A stretch of 33,263 nt of DNA from Armatimonadota bacterium (GTDB lineage: Bacteria > Vulcanimicrobiota > JACPDS01 > JBDRKI01), in NCBI GenBank assembly GCA_043814095.1, contig JBDRKI010000012.1:1-33263 (forward strand). The letters run 5' to 3'. The notes beneath the pieces were generated by a model. That model was not told the origin of the DNA. It did no database searches and saw only the letters and a program-made list of their open reading frames with translations. Shown one piece after another: positions 1-8,485 of the stretch; position 1 is the first letter of the stretch; every line of letters begins with the position of its first letter. The position numbers and the translations under genes are program-made.

Positions 1-60
1 TTCCGCTTCTTTAATGGCTTGTTTCATAAAATATTTATCATCTTTTTTGTTTTTAATCAT
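1..60 (-). CDS. tadA: tRNA-specific adenosine deaminase, 5' fragment running off the window
   Basis: Reverse complement of 1-60 reads MIKNKKDDKYFMKQAIKEAE, matching the TadA-type N-terminal D..(F/Y)M..A..EA helix; lies directly downstream of tRNA-Arg(ACG). RibD-type deaminases start similarly. Confidence 0.7.
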   Translation of the reverse strand, partial: MIKNKKDDKYFMKQAIKEAE

Positions 61-135
61 AGTAAGACTCTTTTCTTTTCCTTGTGAATTCTTTTTCTTT
101 GTTTTTTGATTGTTAATTAGAAAAAAAGAAATAAA

Positions 136-211
136 TGGCGCGCCCGAGAGGATTTGAACCTCTGACCTACGGTTTCGTAGACCGGCGCTCTATCCGCTGA
201 GCTACGGGCGC
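136..211 (-). tRNA. tRNA-Arg(ACG)
   Basis: GCGCCCG acceptor stem, anticodon loop CT-ACG-AA, T-loop GGTTCAAATCC, encoded CCA. Confidence 0.95.
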
Positions 212-212
212 G

Positions 213-305
213 TGGCGGAGAGGGGGGGATTCGAACCCCCGAGACGTTCAACACGCCTACACGATTTCCAATCGTGCGCATTCAACCAGGCTCTGCCACC
301 TCTCC
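213..305 (-). tRNA. tRNA-Ser(GGA)
   Basis: GGAGAGG acceptor, CACGA-TT-GGA-AA-TCGTG anticodon arm, long variable arm, GGTTCGAATCC, CCA. Confidence 0.95.
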
Positions 306-336
306 ATAAAAAAATATCTTTTCCGGTGAATAAATC

Positions 337-432
337 TGGCGGAGAGACTGGGATTCGAACCCAGGGTAGGGCTTTAAAGACCCTACAAGCGCTTAGCAGG
401 CGCTCGCCTTAAACCAACTCGGCCACCTCTCC
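337..432 (-). tRNA. tRNA-Ser(GCT)
   Basis: GGAGAGG acceptor, AGCGC-CT-GCT-AA-GCGCT anticodon arm, long variable arm, GGTTCGAATCC, CCA. Confidence 0.95.
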
Positions 433-461
433 GCTTTCGTTATTTTATAAATGTGATGGAT

Positions 462-489
462 ATTATACCATATATTTAATATTTATCAA
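462..489 (-). promoter_or_regulatory. sigma70-type promoter for the tRNA/tadA cluster
   Basis: TTGATA-N16-TATAAT with TG extension (TGgTATAAT). Confidence 0.6.
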
Positions 490-490
490 C

Positions 491-1651
491 TTATACAGCT
501 GCTTCGGCTTCTTCTGTTTCTTCTTTTTTTTCTTCCTCTTCCCTTACTTTAACCGGCATTATTATATATATGTAATCTTCCCTTTCTTTAAGCTTCATAA
601 CAGCCGGTCCTTCCGTGTGAGTAAAACAGAGGGCTATTTTTTCATCGCCGAAGTTTGATAAAAAGTCTACTATATATTTACCGTTAAACGATATTTTTAT
701 ATCTCCGCCTTTTTTATTTATTATATCAACTTCTTCATAAGCATTTCCCAGGTCGGCGGTTGCTGAAGTTATTATTATCTTCTCTTTTCCCATTCCTATT
801 TTTACCAGTTTAGGGCTGTCTTTTTCGCAGGCCAGTATTAAAGCCCTTTTTATGGAATGAAGTAAGTCTTCTCTTTTTACTTCCGCCTCTATGTTGTGCT
901 TGCTGGGTATAACCTGGTTGTAATTGGGGAAATTTCCTTCTATTGTCCTTGAATAAATCGTTGTCTCGTCAAATTTAAAGAATATCTGTCCTTCGTTTAT
1001 AAATACAAACAGATCTCCTTCTTCTTTTAATAACCTTTGTATCTCCTGAAGGGATTTAGAAGGAATTATAAACTTTTCTTCTTTGGAAAAGACTTCTTTT
1101 AAGGGATATTCGGCTTTTGCCAGTCTTCTGCCGTCAGTGGAAACCACGGTGAGAACCTGGCCTTTTAAGTTGAATAATACCCCGGTAAGAGTTGTTCTTA
1201 TCTCTTCCGTCTGCGCACAGGCGAATATAACATTTTTTATTATATCCTTAAAGATTCCCTGATTAAGATTAAGGGTGGGAATATTCTTTGATTTCGGGAA
1301 TACCGGAAAATCTTCCTCATCCAAAACATTAATATTATATTTTGAATTGTGCGCCCTTATTTCAAGAACTTTATCTTTTAATTCAAATACTATGTCTTCG
1401 TCGGGAAGCTGTGTTATTATTTCCGTTATTATTTTTGCGGGAGCGCAGAAAGAGCCTTTTTTAAGAACCTGGGTTTCCACGGATGTTTCTATTCCTACTT
1501 CAAGATCCGTTGCCAGAAGCTTTATACTGTTATTTCCGTCAGTCTTAAACAATATGTGCGTAAGTATAGGCAACGGACTCCTGTGACTTACCGCTTTGGA
1601 TACCTTTAATATACCTTCCTCTATTTTTGATTTTAATACATTAAGTTTCAT
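491..1651 (-). CDS. dnaN: DNA polymerase III beta clamp
   Basis: PILTHIL, ATDLEVGI, STDGRRLA, IEGNFPNY and IIMPV motifs; downstream of dnaA; GGAGG RBS. Confidence 0.98.
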   Translation of the reverse strand: MKLNVLKSKIEEGILKVSKAVSHRSPLPILTHILFKTDGNNSIKLLATDLEVGIETSVETQVLKKGSFCAPAKIITEIITQLPDEDIVFELKDKVLEIRAHNSKYNINVLDEEDFPVFPKSKNIPTLNLNQGIFKDIIKNVIFACAQTEEIRTTLTGVLFNLKGQVLTVVSTDGRRLAKAEYPLKEVFSKEEKFIIPSKSLQEIQRLLKEEGDLFVFINEGQIFFKFDETTIYSRTIEGNFPNYNQVIPSKHNIEAEVKREDLLHSIKRALILACEKDSPKLVKIGMGKEKIIITSATADLGNAYEEVDIINKKGGDIKISFNGKYIVDFLSNFGDEKIALCFTHTEGPAVMKLKEREDYIYIIMPVKVREEEEKKEETEEAEAAV

Positions 1652-1680
1652 TTTTTCCTCCCTGTGTGTTCTTTCTTATA

Positions 1681-1881
1681 TATATTTCCTTACTTAAATA
1701 ATTAGTAGTAGTAGTAAGGGGCTGTTGATATGTTTATAAGTTTGTTTTTATTTCCCTTTTAACAAAAATTTTATTTTTTTGCCTGTGGAAAAACTTCTTA
1801 TTTCTTTCCACATATACACCCGGAAAACATTATAATTTTTTTTCAAGGTTCCTTCCACAGCTTATCCTAGCTTTTTCCACA
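1681..1881. other. oriC, dnaA-dnaN half: DnaA boxes and basal unwinding system
   Basis: (TAG)4 DnaA-trios 1703-1714, GGGGC 1718-1722, tandem degenerate DnaA boxes 1723-1739; further boxes at 1784-1792, 1804-1812, 1851-1859, 1873-1881; AT-rich flank. Confidence 0.85.
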
Positions 1882-3279
1882 GTAGGATGTTAATTGATTT
1901 TTTATGTTGGAAATGCCGTTTGAAATCTGCGGGCTTCTTTGAAGTTCATTTATTTTTTTCCATGCGTGCATAACGGTAGTATGGTCTTTGCCGCCGAACT
2001 CTTTCCCTATGTCCGGATAAGAAGAACCTATCATCTCTCTTGCGAGGAACATTGCAATCTGCCTGGGGGTGGAGAATCGCTGATCCCGCTTTTCCCCTTT
2101 TAATTCCGCGAGGCTTATTCCGAAATACTCGGATACTACCTGCTGTATAACCGCGATGCTTAAATTTTTGTTTTTATCGTCGGAGATTATGTTCTTCAAC
2201 GCTTCTTTTACGAGAGTTATATTTATATCGCTTTTATTTAAAGAAGCAAAAGCAATAACTCTTACAAGAGCGCCTTCCAGCTCCCTTATGTTGGAAGTTA
2301 TTTTCTCGGCAAGAAAAGATATTATTTCATAGGGAACATTTACTTTTTCTGCTTCGGCCTTCTTCCTTAATATGGCTTCCCTTGTTTCAAGGTCCGGAGA
2401 CTGGATATCCGCTATTAATCCCCATTCAAAACGGGATCTTAACCTGTCTTCCAGGGTGGGAATCTCTTTAGGGGGCCGGTCGCTGGATATTACTATTTGC
2501 TTATTCGCCCCGTGAAGATCGTTAAAGGTATGGAAAAATTCTTCCTGGGTTCTTTCTTTATTCGCGAGAAACTGTATGTCATCTATTAACAACACATCTA
2601 TATTGCGGTATTTGTTCCTGAACTGCACTGTCTGGTGATCGCTTATGGAATTTATTAATTCGTTCGTGAATTTTTCGGTGGAAACATAAAGAACCTTTAA
2701 TCTGCTGTTATGGCTTAAAACATAATGTCCTATAGCGTGCATGAGATGGGTTTTCCCCAGCCCTACTCCCCCGTACACGAAAAGAGGGTTATATGCTTTC
2801 GCGGGCGCTTCCGCGACAGCCATTGCCGCGGCCGAAGCAAAATGATTGCTGTTGCCGACAACATAAGAATCAAAAGTGTAATTAGGATTAAGAAGGCTTT
2901 TATAAGCAGAATCTTCGCCGAAAAGTTTTGAGGACGCCCTGGCGTATTCTTTCTCGTCAAAGGTTTCTGAAGAAAAATTCTTATCAACTTCAAATAAAAG
3001 ATTTACTTTTCTTCCAAGCAGGTTCTGAAAAGTTTTTTTCACAAGATCATAATGCCTGTTTATTATCCAGTCTTTGGCGAATTTGTTGGTGACGGAAACG
3101 GTTATGGAATCATTTTCCGCAGAGGCGGGAAAACTATTTTTTAAGCAGGTTTCAAAAGTAGGCCTGCCAAGCTTTTCCTCCATTACAAGGAGGCACTGGT
3201 TCCACGATTCGCCGATATTTTCATTTGTTAATTCTGTAGAAGCATCATCTTTTTCGGTTTTGGTATTTTCCGTAAACAT
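1867..3279 (-). CDS. dnaA: chromosomal replication initiator DnaA
   Basis: YGGVGLGKTHL Walker A, LLIDDIQF Walker B, RLRSRFEWGL, GGKDHTTVMHA. Confidence 0.99.
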   Translation of the reverse strand: MFTENTKTEKDDASTELTNENIGESWNQCLLVMEEKLGRPTFETCLKNSFPASAENDSITVSVTNKFAKDWIINRHYDLVKKTFQNLLGRKVNLLFEVDKNFSSETFDEKEYARASSKLFGEDSAYKSLLNPNYTFDSYVVGNSNHFASAAAMAVAEAPAKAYNPLFVYGGVGLGKTHLMHAIGHYVLSHNSRLKVLYVSTEKFTNELINSISDHQTVQFRNKYRNIDVLLIDDIQFLANKERTQEEFFHTFNDLHGANKQIVISSDRPPKEIPTLEDRLRSRFEWGLIADIQSPDLETREAILRKKAEAEKVNVPYEIISFLAEKITSNIRELEGALVRVIAFASLNKSDINITLVKEALKNIISDDKNKNLSIAVIQQVVSEYFGISLAELKGEKRDQRFSTPRQIAMFLAREMIGSSYPDIGKEFGGKDHTTVMHAWKKINELQRSPQISNGISNIKNQLTSYCGKS

Positions 3280-3298
3280 AAATAAAGCCCCCTGTCTT

Positions 3299-3495
3299 TG
3301 TGGATATTTTGTAAATGTATAGAAAACTCCTTCAAATTAGTTTTCCACATATTAACACAAAACAGATTTTGCTTGTGGATAACTTTAAAAAGTTCTTATA
3401 TTATAACAGAAAAAAAAATAAAAAAAAAGTTTTATTCAGAAAAAAATCCACAAAAAGGCAAAGTTTTCCACAAATTTATCCACAATTGTGCATAA
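3299..3495. promoter_or_regulatory. DnaA-box cluster and dnaA promoter (upstream half of bipartite oriC)
   Basis: Perfect boxes TGTGGATAA 3374-3382 and TTATCCACA 3476-3484; near matches at 3299, 3341, 3444, 3464, 3487; minus-strand extended -10 TGtTATAAT 3400-3408. Confidence 0.85.
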
Positions 3496-3528
3496 AAAAA
3501 AGAAACAAGGACAAAAATCCTTGTTTCT
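3494..3528 (-). terminator. intrinsic terminator
   Basis: Minus strand AGAAACAAGGA-tttttg-TCCTTGTTTCT followed by a T run. Confidence 0.7.
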
Positions 3529-3557
3529 GGCCAATAAAGGGTCATACAGGAGGAAAA

Positions 3558-3571
3558 CGAACAAAAGTTCG
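3558..3571. promoter_or_regulatory. LexA/SOS box, Gram-positive type
   Basis: CGAAC-AAAA-GTTCG, exact match to CGAAC-N4-GTTCG, abutting a minus-strand TGaTATAAT at 3572-3580. Confidence 0.65.
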
Positions 3572-3585
3572 ATTATATCAATAAC

Positions 3586-3780
3586 TCAAGCGCGGAAAAA
3601 GAAATGTTCATGCCAAGCCAGGGTTGCGCGGCAGTCTGTTAACTGTTTTTTGGTATGTAAATCTTTACTTAATTTGGTTTCTTTTGTCTCAGAATTATCA
3701 AAATCTGTAAATTTTTTAAGTGCCGGAGCAGTATTTGGCACAGAATCCGCTTTGTTTTTGGGATCAATGTTTCCGTTCAT
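3586..3780 (-). CDS. small hypothetical protein, 64 aa
   Basis: ATG preceded by AGGAAGGAG RBS and extended -10 TGtTATCAT (3804-3812); terminator downstream; no family recognised. Confidence 0.5.
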   Translation of the reverse strand: MNGNIDPKNKADSVPNTAPALKKFTDFDNSETKETKLSKDLHTKKQLTDCRATLAWHEHFFFRA

Positions 3781-3918
3781 AATAATCGCTCCTTCCTATA
3801 TTTATGATAACATACGGGACGGCAGAAAAATATCGGTCAAAAGGCCTATTTTAAGGGACCGAAAGGAGTATTTTTCAGGAAGTTAAATCAGGCGCAGTTT
3901 CAAAAAATCCTTTTAACC

Positions 3919-3947
3919 TTGACTTTAATAATGGCGAAGAGTATAAT
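3919..3947 (+). promoter_or_regulatory. rpmH operon promoter
   Basis: TTGACT-N17-TATAAT. Confidence 0.8.
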
Positions 3948-4000
3948 TATTAAAGTTTTTAAAAGCTATATTATTACTTTATCATAGAGAGGTTTTTAAA

Positions 4001-4138
4001 ATGAGCAAAAGAACTTATCAGCCGAAGAAAAAAAGCCAGAAAAGAACATCGGGCTTCCGCAAAAGAAACTCCAGCCCTACCGGCAAAAAAATATTAAAAA
4101 ACAGAAGAAAAAAGGGAAGAAAGAAACTTGCTGTTTAA
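4001..4138 (+). CDS. rpmH: 50S ribosomal protein L34 (not in the ORF track)
   Basis: [52 protein letters not shown]. Confidence 0.97.
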   Translation: MSKRTYQPKKKSQKRTSGFRKRNSSPTGKKILKNRRKKGRKKLAV

Positions 4139-4496
4139 GCTGTTAAAAAAAATAAAGAAAAACAGAGAATTTTCATATATTTACAAAAAAGGAAAAAGAA
4201 GTTATTTTGAGCACGTAAGAATCTTCCAAATCAAGACACGGGAACCAGGCGCCTTTTATGGGATAACGACTTCTAAAAAGTTTAAGAGCGCTGTTGACAG
4301 AAACAAAGCCAGAAGAAGGACCCGGAACATTCTTAAGGATGAAAGCTTCGCGGAAAAAATAAAGTTTGTCATATCAATAAAAGAGACAGCACTGGAGATT
4401 CCCTACGGGGACTTAAAAGAAGAGATTTTACAGGCCCTTTTAAAATCAAAAATAATTTTAAAAGACAGCCATCAAAGGACGGAACAGCGGCAATGA
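4128..4496 (+). CDS. rnpA: ribonuclease P protein component
   Basis: [11 protein letters not shown] and [15 protein letters not shown] (RNR motif); synteny. Confidence 0.92.
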   Translation: MLFKLLKKIKKNREFSYIYKKGKRSYFEHVRIFQIKTREPGAFYGITTSKKFKSAVDRNKARRRTRNILKDESFAEKIKFVISIKETALEIPYGDLKEEILQALLKSKIILKDSHQRTEQRQ

Positions 4497-4699
4497 AGTT
4501 TTTCTTCATATATATTATAAAGGCGTACAGGTTTTTTACTAAATACGCGCAGCCCAGATGCAGGTTCATTCCCTCGTGTTCTTCTTATGCCGCTGAAGCC
4601 ATTGAAAAACACGGGGTTTTTAAAGGATTGTATTTAAGCTCGGCCAGGATATTAAAATGCAATCCCTTGTTTCCCGGGGGATATGATCCGGTGAAATGA
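4493..4699 (+). CDS. yidD: membrane protein insertion efficiency factor
   Basis: [11 protein letters not shown]...[16 protein letters not shown]. Confidence 0.95.
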   Translation: MKFFFIYIIKAYRFFTKYAQPRCRFIPSCSSYAAEAIEKHGVFKGLYLSSARILKCNPLFPGGYDPVK

Positions 4700-4767
4700 T
4701 TGATTTGTTTTGGCAATAAATTGCCTCGCCGAATACATAAAAAGCAGATGACCAGGAGGATAAATTA

Positions 4768-5541
4768 ATGCAAGCAATACAGGATATATTATGGAAAACG
4801 ATAGAGTTTTTCACTCAAATTGCCGGAAACAATTACGGATTGGGCATAATTTTGCTGGCGATCGCGATAAAGGCCGTGCTTTATGTCCCTACCCAGCAGC
4901 AGTTCAGAGCCATGAAGGATATGGCTGCGATTCAGCCGGAGATTAAAAAACTTCAGGAAAGACACAAAGGAGATCCTAAAAAACTCCAGACAGAACAGAT
5001 GGAGCTGTTTAAAAGACATAAAATAAATCCGCTGGGAGGGTGCCTCCCGATACTTATCCAGCTTCCGATTTTATGGGGAATATGGTCCACCATAAGCAAG
5101 CACACGGCGGCTTTTGACAATGCCAGTTTTTTATGGATTAATAAAACAACGGCGGCGGCGTTTAACTTTGAGATCCCCGTTTTAAAAATATCGTTTATAG
5201 GCGCGAATCTCGGACAGGCCGATTTTATAATGCTTATTTTATACGCCTTCAGCATGTATCTGTCCCAGAAGTTAACGGTTATGGATAAAGCAACCGCGGA
5301 CAAACAGAAAATGATGACTATTATGATGCCGGTAGTTTTTACGTTCATTTTGGCAAAATTTCCATCCGCCCTTATTTTATACTGGCTGACATTTAATTTG
5401 CTGAGCGTTATTCAGCAAATGATGATTATGAAAGAGCCCTCAAGGGTTGCGCTTTCCATACAGAACGGCGGAATAATAGACGCGCCCGGCCCGGAAAAAG
5501 ATAAAAACTCCGGCAAAAAAGAAGAGGTTAAAATAGGCTAA
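4768..5541 (+). CDS. yidC: membrane protein insertase YidC/Oxa1, short form
   Basis: NPLGGCLPILIQLPI, LILYWLTFN. Confidence 0.96.
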   Translation: MQAIQDILWKTIEFFTQIAGNNYGLGIILLAIAIKAVLYVPTQQQFRAMKDMAAIQPEIKKLQERHKGDPKKLQTEQMELFKRHKINPLGGCLPILIQLPILWGIWSTISKHTAAFDNASFLWINKTTAAAFNFEIPVLKISFIGANLGQADFIMLILYAFSMYLSQKLTVMDKATADKQKMMTIMMPVVFTFILAKFPSALILYWLTFNLLSVIQQMMIMKEPSRVALSIQNGGIIDAPGPEKDKNSGKKEEVKIG

Positions 5542-5569
5542 ATTCGCTTATTACATACAGGAGGAGACA

Positions 5570-6193
5570 ATGCAAGAGAAAGAATTTGCGGGCAAAACGG
5601 TTGAAGACGCTCTTTGTGAAGCCAGGAAAGCGCTGAATGTTAAAAAAGAAGATATTAAATACGAAGTTATAGAAGAAGGTTCATCAGGCCTCTTGGGCAT
5701 AGGGGGAAAAGAAGCAAGAATAAAAGTGGAAATAAATCCGGAAGCTTTTATTGAAGGGCTGGATAAATTTTTATATGAACTTTTTGTTTTAATGGGGATG
5801 GACGTAAGAAGAACGATAGAAGAAAACGAGATCGGCGTAAAAGTAAATCTTGAAGGGGACGATCTGGCCGTTCTTATAGGAAAACGCGGAGGAACGCTTG
5901 ACGCCCTCCAGCTCATATCAAATGTCGCGGCAAACAGGGGCAGGGAAGAAAAAAGAAAAATAATAATAGACGCGCAGGGCTATAAAGAAAGAAGAGAGAG
6001 ATCATTAAAAGATATGGCGGTAAGAGAAGCAGAGAAAGTGAAAAAAGAGAAAAGAAGCATTATTTTAAATCCCATGCCGCCGAACGAAAGAAGAATAATT
6101 CATCTGGCGCTGCAGGAACATAAATACGTAAAAACGTATTCATCGGGTGAAGAACCGATGAGAAAAGTTGTTATAGCTCTTAAAGAAGATTAA
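5570..6193 (+). CDS. jag: Jag/KhpB RNA-binding protein (Jag_N, KH, R3H)
   Basis: GKTVEDAL, LIGKRGGTLDALQ, ERRIIH. Confidence 0.95.
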   Translation: MQEKEFAGKTVEDALCEARKALNVKKEDIKYEVIEEGSSGLLGIGGKEARIKVEINPEAFIEGLDKFLYELFVLMGMDVRRTIEENEIGVKVNLEGDDLAVLIGKRGGTLDALQLISNVAANRGREEKRKIIIDAQGYKERRERSLKDMAVREAEKVKKEKRSIILNPMPPNERRIIHLALQEHKYVKTYSSGEEPMRKVVIALKED

Positions 6194-6298
6194 GTATAGA
6201 TAAGGAATTTTAATAAAGCAAAATTTTAAAAAGATATCCTTGGCCCGGCCCGGAAAGGGCGCCGCTCGCCGGGGATTTCTCTTTAAGGAGGGCTTTTT

Positions 6299-6826
6299 AT
6301 GAAGGTATATATATTAGAAGACGCCTTCTGGAGCATGCTCTTGTCAACCATAGAGGTTTACCCCAGAGAGTGCCTGGGACTTCTTATAGGAACCTATGAC
6401 GTAAAAAATTTTATAGTGCACAAATCAGTGGTTTTTCAGACAGCCGAGAGATATATGCAGAGCGTGAACTTCCCCAAAGACAGGGTTCACGACGAGGTTG
6501 TGGGGTTTTTAAAAAAACACCTCCCCTATCTTAAAACAATCGGAGATTTTCACTCCCATACCGGGGAAGAATATTTCAGACCGAGCAAAACGGACATGAA
6601 AGCCATGGAAGAAAAACAGGCATATATAATTATTCAGGCGTACAAAAAAAAGAAAACGGTGCAGTGGCAGTATAATAAATCAAAAACTATTCTATTCGGA
6701 ACATCGGGCAATTACCATTTTAAAATCGGAGCATGGTTTAAAAACAAGTTTTTTGAAAAATTCAGACTGGCCGAATTGAGCTGTCCTTACGCCATAGGAA
6801 TGACGGAAAGTGAAGCGTTTGAATAA
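6299..6826 (+). CDS. JAB/MPN+ (Mov34/MPN/PAD-1) metalloprotease-family protein
   Basis: ECLGLLIG followed by GDFHSHT..PS..D, an intact JAMM motif (E...HxH-x7-S-x2-D); AAGGAGG RBS. Confidence 0.8.
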   Translation: MKVYILEDAFWSMLLSTIEVYPRECLGLLIGTYDVKNFIVHKSVVFQTAERYMQSVNFPKDRVHDEVVGFLKKHLPYLKTIGDFHSHTGEEYFRPSKTDMKAMEEKQAYIIIQAYKKKKTVQWQYNKSKTILFGTSGNYHFKIGAWFKNKFFEKFRLAELSCPYAIGMTESEAFE

Positions 6827-6860
6827 GCGCCCCCTCCCCTATTGTAACGATTAAGTCTTT

Positions 6861-6892
6861 TCCCCCGGAAATATTTCCGGGGGATTTACTTT
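6861..6892 (+). terminator. intrinsic terminator after the JAB gene
   Basis: Palindrome TCCCCCGGAAAT/ATTTCCGGGGGA followed by TTTACTTT. Confidence 0.7.
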
Positions 6893-6964
6893 ACGCAAAC
6901 AATCTTCTATATTATTATATATATATGACAATCCCGAAATTCTAATGCGGATAAGGAATCTGTT

Positions 6965-8353
6965 ATGGAATATATAAATGATACAATAGCGGCCATTTCC
7001 ACCCCTATCGGAGAAGGCGGTATCGGCATTGTCCGGTTAAGCGGTGAAAAGTCGCTGGGGATTTTAAAAAACATATTTGTTTTTCCGTCTGTTGAAAAAG
7101 AATTTGAAGACAGGAAAATGATTTATGGTTATATTTTTGACAGGTTTTCTGGAAAAAAGATAGATGAAGTTATGGCCGTGTACATGAAAACCCCCAAAAC
7201 ATATACGGGAGAAGATATAGTAGAGATACACGGACACGGCTCAATAATCGCGTTAAATAACATTCTTTCCCTTGTTTTAAAAGAGGGATCCAGGATAGCC
7301 GCCCCCGGCGAATTTACAAAAAGAGCATTTTTAAACGGCAGAATAGATCTTTCACAGGCCGAAGCGGTAACCGGCTTAATAAGGGCAAAAACCGACAAGA
7401 GTTTTGAAATAGCGATGAACCAGCTTGAGGGCAGGCTTTCCGTCCAAGTTGGCTCTATCAGAGATGATATTTTCAGCCGGATGGCGCTTATAGAAGCGCA
7501 TATAGATTTCTGTGAAGAAGAGCTCCCTCCCCTATCTGTTGAGGAAATTGGCAGAAAAAATGATATTTGGCTTGAAAAAATCACAAAATGGCTGGAAGCC
7601 GCGGAAGAAGGCAGGGTCTTTTCCGAGGGTGTCCGGGCCGTTATTATGGGAAAGCCGAATGTGGGAAAGTCCTCCATTTTAAATACCCTTATAAAAAAAG
7701 ACAGGGCTATAGTTACGGATATTCCCGGTACAACAAGGGATATATTATATGAATGGGTCAGCTTCAAGGGTGTCCCGTTTAAAATAGTTGATACCGCGGG
7801 AGTCAGGTTCTCAAGCGACTATGTGGAAAAAATAGGTGTTGAGAAAGCGCTGGATGAGATGGAAGAGGCGGATCTGGTATTAATTGTACTTGACGCGTCT
7901 TCAGGCATAGACGATGAAGACAGAAAAACCATAGAACATGCCGCGGAGAAGAAGAAAAAAGTAATTGTTGTTCTTAATAAAGTAGATTTAAAACAAAGAC
8001 TTGATTTTTCAGAGATAGAAAAATATATAAAAGAGCACGAAGCAATAGTAAAGACATCGGCTTTAAACGAGATTGGTTTTGAAGAATTGAAAGAAGAGAT
8101 GTTTAATGTGGTCTGTTCGGGCAGTTTTGATACCAATGAATACCTTGTAAGCAATGCCAGACACATTAACCTGCTAAAAGAGACAAAAAATTCCTTATTA
8201 AATGTAAAAGAATCAATATCTAAAAATATGGATATAGATTTTATCGCGATAGATTTAAGGGGCGCATGGAGCAAACTGGGAGAGATAATCGGCGAAACAA
8301 TAGAAGCAGATATAGCCAATAAAATATTCAGCGAATTCTGTATAGGAAAGTAA
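6965..8353 (+). CDS. mnmE: tRNA modification GTPase MnmE/TrmE
   Basis: DTIAAISTP, GEFTKRAFLNGRIDL, GKPNVGKSS, terminal FCIGK. Confidence 0.98.
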   Translation: MEYINDTIAAISTPIGEGGIGIVRLSGEKSLGILKNIFVFPSVEKEFEDRKMIYGYIFDRFSGKKIDEVMAVYMKTPKTYTGEDIVEIHGHGSIIALNNILSLVLKEGSRIAAPGEFTKRAFLNGRIDLSQAEAVTGLIRAKTDKSFEIAMNQLEGRLSVQVGSIRDDIFSRMALIEAHIDFCEEELPPLSVEEIGRKNDIWLEKITKWLEAAEEGRVFSEGVRAVIMGKPNVGKSSILNTLIKKDRAIVTDIPGTTRDILYEWVSFKGVPFKIVDTAGVRFSSDYVEKIGVEKALDEMEEADLVLIVLDASSGIDDEDRKTIEHAAEKKKKVIVVLNKVDLKQRLDFSEIEKYIKEHEAIVKTSALNEIGFEELKEEMFNVVCSGSFDTNEYLVSNARHINLLKETKNSLLNVKESISKNMDIDFIAIDLRGAWSKLGEIIGETIEADIANKIFSEFCIGK

Positions 8354-8485
8354 ATTTTAATCTCCCCTGCCCTACCAGATCTTTAATGCAAACCATGAGC
8401 GTTGAAAACTAAACAAGGCTTAGCGTGTTATCATATAAAGATATGGACATATAATAAAAACATATATTTTTAAATGTTTTCATTG

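Noticed and set aside
212-412. 66-aa plus-strand ORF
   Set aside because: Antisense translation of two tRNA-Ser genes
3298-3886. Plus-strand ORFs of 65, 89 and 132 aa upstream of dnaA
   Set aside because: Lys-rich reads of A tracts and DnaA boxes, without RBS; overlap better-supported minus-strand signals
7129-8319. 212-aa and 166-aa minus-strand ORFs
   Set aside because: Antisense shadows of mnmE
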